A DNA stretch of 64,000 bases from positions 215,868 through 279,867 of the forward strand of contig CAZIYE010000001.1 of NCBI GenBank assembly GCA_964543385.1, read 5' to 3'. The translations under genes were made by a program, and so were the position numbers. Shown here piece by piece: positions 58,720-64,000 of the stretch. Every line of letters starts with the position of its first letter. Positions within the stretch are counted from its first letter, which is position 1. A model generated the notes under the pieces. It saw only the letters and a program-made list of their open reading frames with translations, made no database searches and was not told the DNA's origin. Source of the DNA: an uncultured Candidatus Saccharibacteria bacterium (GTDB taxonomy: Bacteria > Patescibacteriota > UBA1384 > XYA2-FULL-43-10 > 1-14-0-10-43-13).

Positions 58720-58767
58720 ATGACAATTGATCCATGTGGTGGCTGCTGCGGCGGCTGCGGTAAATAA
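58720..58767 (+). CDS. Tiny Cys-rich peptide gene: MTIDPCGGCCGGCGK (15 aa)
   Basis: Canonical SD AGGAG 6 nt upstream of ATG; stop followed 8 nt later by terminator; 5 Cys in 10 residues. Confidence 0.35.
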   Translation: MTIDPCGGCCGGCGK

Positions 58768-58774
58768 ATAAAAA

Positions 58775-58801
58775 AACCTCTGAGAAATCAGAGGTTTTTT
58801 T
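58775..58801 (+). terminator. Bidirectional terminator cctctga-gaaat-cagagg + T7
   Basis: seen directly. Confidence 0.55.
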
Positions 58802-59369
58802 ATTCCAAACAATTTACTATAGATTCGTATTTATTTTTCATCATTTTTTTTGCTTGCAAACTCATTTTTGACCAACTTCTTTGGACTTTCTTCAAAACCC
58901 AATCTGAACCTTCCTCTATGCTAAGTCCCTTTTCAACATATGCAAGATAAAGCAGTGATTTAAAGTTTTCGATATGTGCCATTGCATCAGCATCAGCTAC
59001 AACTTGTTCTTCCAAAATTGTTTTTTCAACATTTACACTGCCTCGATGAGACAATATGCACTTTTTTACTAATTCAATTTTTTCTCTAGGATAATTATAC
59101 TGACTCAACAGTTCATCGGCCATTCTAGCACCTTCTATGTGGTGGGTATCGGCGAATTTTCCGTTTGAAATTGCAGCATAATCATGCAAAAGACAAGCAA
59201 TCTCTATCAACTCAACGTCCAATGAAAGCTCTTTTGCTAGTTTTTTACCAAAAAAGACTACCGTCTTAACATGATAATCCCAATCTGCTGGTCCGTAGAT
59301 ATTATTTGGCGATTGACAAGCTTCCCATACAATCTTTTCAATCGATTTTGAAAGATTTTTGTTCTTCAT
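58800..59369 (-). CDS. HD-domain phosphohydrolase
   Basis: HD motif LLHDYAAIS, additional His/Asp ligands. Confidence 0.7.
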   Translation of the reverse strand: MKNKNLSKSIEKIVWEACQSPNNIYGPADWDYHVKTVVFFGKKLAKELSLDVELIEIACLLHDYAAISNGKFADTHHIEGARMADELLSQYNYPREKIELVKKCILSHRGSVNVEKTILEEQVVADADAMAHIENFKSLLYLAYVEKGLSIEEGSDWVLKKVQRSWSKMSLQAKKMMKNKYESIVNCLE

Positions 59370-59409
59370 AGGGGAATTTTACCATACAAAAAAGCCAATT
59401 TATACTCTA

Positions 59410-59531
<122 letters not shown>

Positions 59532-59725
59532 TAACTTACAAATTGGCTTTGTTTTGAAAGAATGCCTTTCAAATGGAGTAAGATTAAAGAGAATCTTACC
59601 CCCATTTGAAAATCAACATGAGCTCGATCCAGCATGCCAGCATCGCCCCTCATCCTTTCGCAAAGAAAGGATGAGCGAGTCGTGCCAACACAAAGGTATC
59701 TTAAACGCTCGACAATTACTGGAAT

Positions 59726-59747
59726 AATCCAGAAATTACTAGTCAAG
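59726..59747 (-). repeat. 3' arm of 22-bp perfect rRNA processing stem (pairs with 62658..62679)
   Basis: aatccagaaattactagtcaag is exact reverse complement of cttgactagtaatttctggatt. Confidence 0.7.
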
Positions 59748-59754
59748 AAAATAT

Positions 59755-62578
<2,824 letters not shown>

Positions 62579-62657
62579 TTTTCTTTAGAGGTCGAATAAT
62601 TGGAGACAAGATTTCTTATTGCTAAGAAGTTCTGTCCCCACTACCCGACATAAATAT

Positions 62658-62679
62658 CTTGACTAGTAATTTCTGGATT
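62658..62679 (-). repeat. 5' arm of 22-bp rRNA processing stem
   Basis: see 59726..59747. Confidence 0.7.
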
Positions 62680-63077
62680 CGTATAAATACGAATGAAATT
62701 ACTATTTGAGAAATTTTTATTATCGGAAGATAACTCTTAAATGAAATTACATTATTATAATTACTCGTTATAATTATCTTTTGTGTGCTTGCATAGAGAT
62801 CAATAAATGATCTTGCAGGTATATACAAACACTATGAAATTGTTAAGGTTCAGGGCAAAAAATGCAATTTATGAAACTTTTGCCTCATAGTTACATTTTT
62901 GTCAAATATAATGGATATTTTGACCAAAAAATCAATAAGCAGATATTTGTCCCGCGTATGCTGGGATAGTTTACCCGCAACCCCCCTGTGTAGTGTGAAA
63001 TAAGTTCTAACTTTTACTTACTAAAAGAGAATGTATCATATTTAAATTACTATTGTCAACACTTTTTACATGACCAC

Positions 63078-63106
63078 TTTCTAAGATTGACAATTTAGCG
63101 TTTTTT
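63078..63106 (+). promoter_or_regulatory. Sigma70-like promoter TTGACA-N17-TAAAAT
   Basis: ttgaca atttagcgttttttact taaaat ~40 nt upstream of ATG 63148. Confidence 0.35.
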
Positions 63107-63147
63107 ACTTAAAATATCCCCAGTTCGAGTGGAGGTTTATCCAGAAA

Positions 63148-63612
63148 ATGCGCAACGAGATCGTCATCGACATCGATGGAACACTCACCCTACCACGAAT
63201 CGGAGATTTTGAGAGATTCCTTACTCCATTTCAGTCACCTCTTGTGGCAGCCGGTCTTGCTCCGGAAATTGGGTTGTATTTTTACAACTTGAAGCCAAAC
63301 ATGAAGATGATCGAATGGATAAAAAATATTCCAGCAGACTATAGCATAACTATGTTGACCGGACGCTACAATGCGTTTGATTACATAACGCGCAGATGGC
63401 TGTTGAAATATGGTATTCTCTTCAATTCTCTGGTCTTTACGCCTTTTGGCGAAAAAGATATCCAGTTCAAGATCGAATATGCGCGCGCCCACGAAAGTCG
63501 GATAGCGCTCATGATCGATAATATGAGACACATCAGAGACGGTGTTGCCGAGATAATCGGCGATCGTTCCGTCCTCTGGACTGATCTCACCCTTTCCCCC
63601 GCTGCTCTGTAA
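63148..63612 (+). CDS. HAD-like phosphatase (DxDGT motif), GC-elevated
   Basis: VIDIDGTLT motif I at N-terminus; 154 aa. Confidence 0.5.
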   Translation: MRNEIVIDIDGTLTLPRIGDFERFLTPFQSPLVAAGLAPEIGLYFYNLKPNMKMIEWIKNIPADYSITMLTGRYNAFDYITRRWLLKYGILFNSLVFTPFGEKDIQFKIEYARAHESRIALMIDNMRHIRDGVAEIIGDRSVLWTDLTLSPAAL

Positions 63613-63657
63613 AGACCAGCGGGATTTCTTTATCCAAGAGAAATCTATTCGATAAGA

Positions 63658-63975
63658 TTATCGAACTAAAAAATAAACAAATATTAAAGTAACTAATTGA
63701 GTAGCGATGCCCCATATGAGGTTAGGCTTGACTGTTGAATGTATTTTTTCATGAAACATAAAAAGCTTACTTCCGAGATAGCTTTTTCGAAACTTTTTGC
63801 TCCAAAAAGGCACATTATCGAAGATATCTGGCAGCAATCCGCCAAAAGCACCCCACAGAAAAGTACTGGATAAGGATATTTCTGGTTTCAAAAGTAATAT
63901 TAACAAAATAGTAAGAATTAAATCAGAACCAGTGAATACCCACTGCTTCCATGTCCATTTTCCATCCTCTAACAC
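63658..63975 (-). CDS. Hypothetical membrane protein
   Basis: 105-aa ORF with 3 TM helices. Confidence 0.4.
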   Translation of the reverse strand: MLEDGKWTWKQWVFTGSDLILTILLILLLKPEISLSSTFLWGAFGGLLPDIFDNVPFWSKKFRKSYLGSKLFMFHEKIHSTVKPNLIWGIATQLVTLIFVYFLVR

Positions 63976-64000
63976 ATTATCGAAGTGAGGGATTGCATCG

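Noticed and set aside
62658-62690. Plus-strand promoter-like TTGACT-N17-TATAAAT at 62660
   Set aside because: The -35-like hexamer is part of the 22-bp rRNA processing stem arm. Better explained as rRNA flank than as a promoter.

Overview
This window is a low-GC (about one-third G+C by eye), gene-dense bacterial chromosomal segment. The compact dcw cluster, the 23S-5S operon with no adjacent 16S, and the many small membrane or hypothetical proteins are typical of a reduced genome such as CPR/Patescibacteria; that placement is inference, not shown directly. I read about 70 CDS. Recognisable content: (1) an S2P protease, a LigB/MEMO-like protein and a 1136-aa surface protein with tandem repeats and a DUF4214-like C-terminus; (2) two tRNA-Pro genes (CGG and GGG), each followed by small GC-elevated hypothetical genes with their own promoters and terminators; (3) chorismate mutase and an ABC-2 exporter (two permeases plus ATPase); (4) a GT4 glycosyltransferase; (5) argS and tyrS separated by a perfect 19-bp inverted repeat; (6) PBP1A with an Ig/FN3-like tail, radA and msrB; (7) a higher-GC NMO/FabK-like gene; (8) an ABC-F ATPase; (9) a DenV-like pyrimidine-dimer glycosylase and HD hydrolases; (10) a higher-GC GNAT plus amino-acid-kinase fusion; (11) a membrane protein with a cytochrome b5 domain; (12) recJ; (13) a minus-strand dcw cluster ftsQ-murB-murC-murG-ftsW-murD-mraY-murF/E-ftsI-ftsL-[gap, no rsmH]-mraZ with GTGG-N6 operator repeats; (14) glyQS; (15) a processive GT2 synthase with D,D,TED and QxxRW motifs; (16) recO, a GlmU-like uridyltransferase domain, a higher-GC patch with degraded or uncertain genes, mutM, a HAD hydrolase, a PadR regulator and a tiny Cys-rich peptide gene; (17) 5S and 23S rRNA on the minus strand, bracketed by a perfect 22-bp processing stem, with no linked 16S. 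The GT2 synthase is translationally coupled to a 37-aa hydrophobic peptide and sits divergent to an 881-aa secreted protein with four CBM-like modules and a CE4 (NodB) deacetylase domain. I rank this as the most system-like candidate: a PNAG/chitin-like exopolysaccharide synthesis and deacetylation module. Other items worth follow-up are the Cys-rich micro-ORF next to PadR, the GC-rich islands, a leader/attenuator-like element, a candidate sRNA and several unannotated small ORFs.
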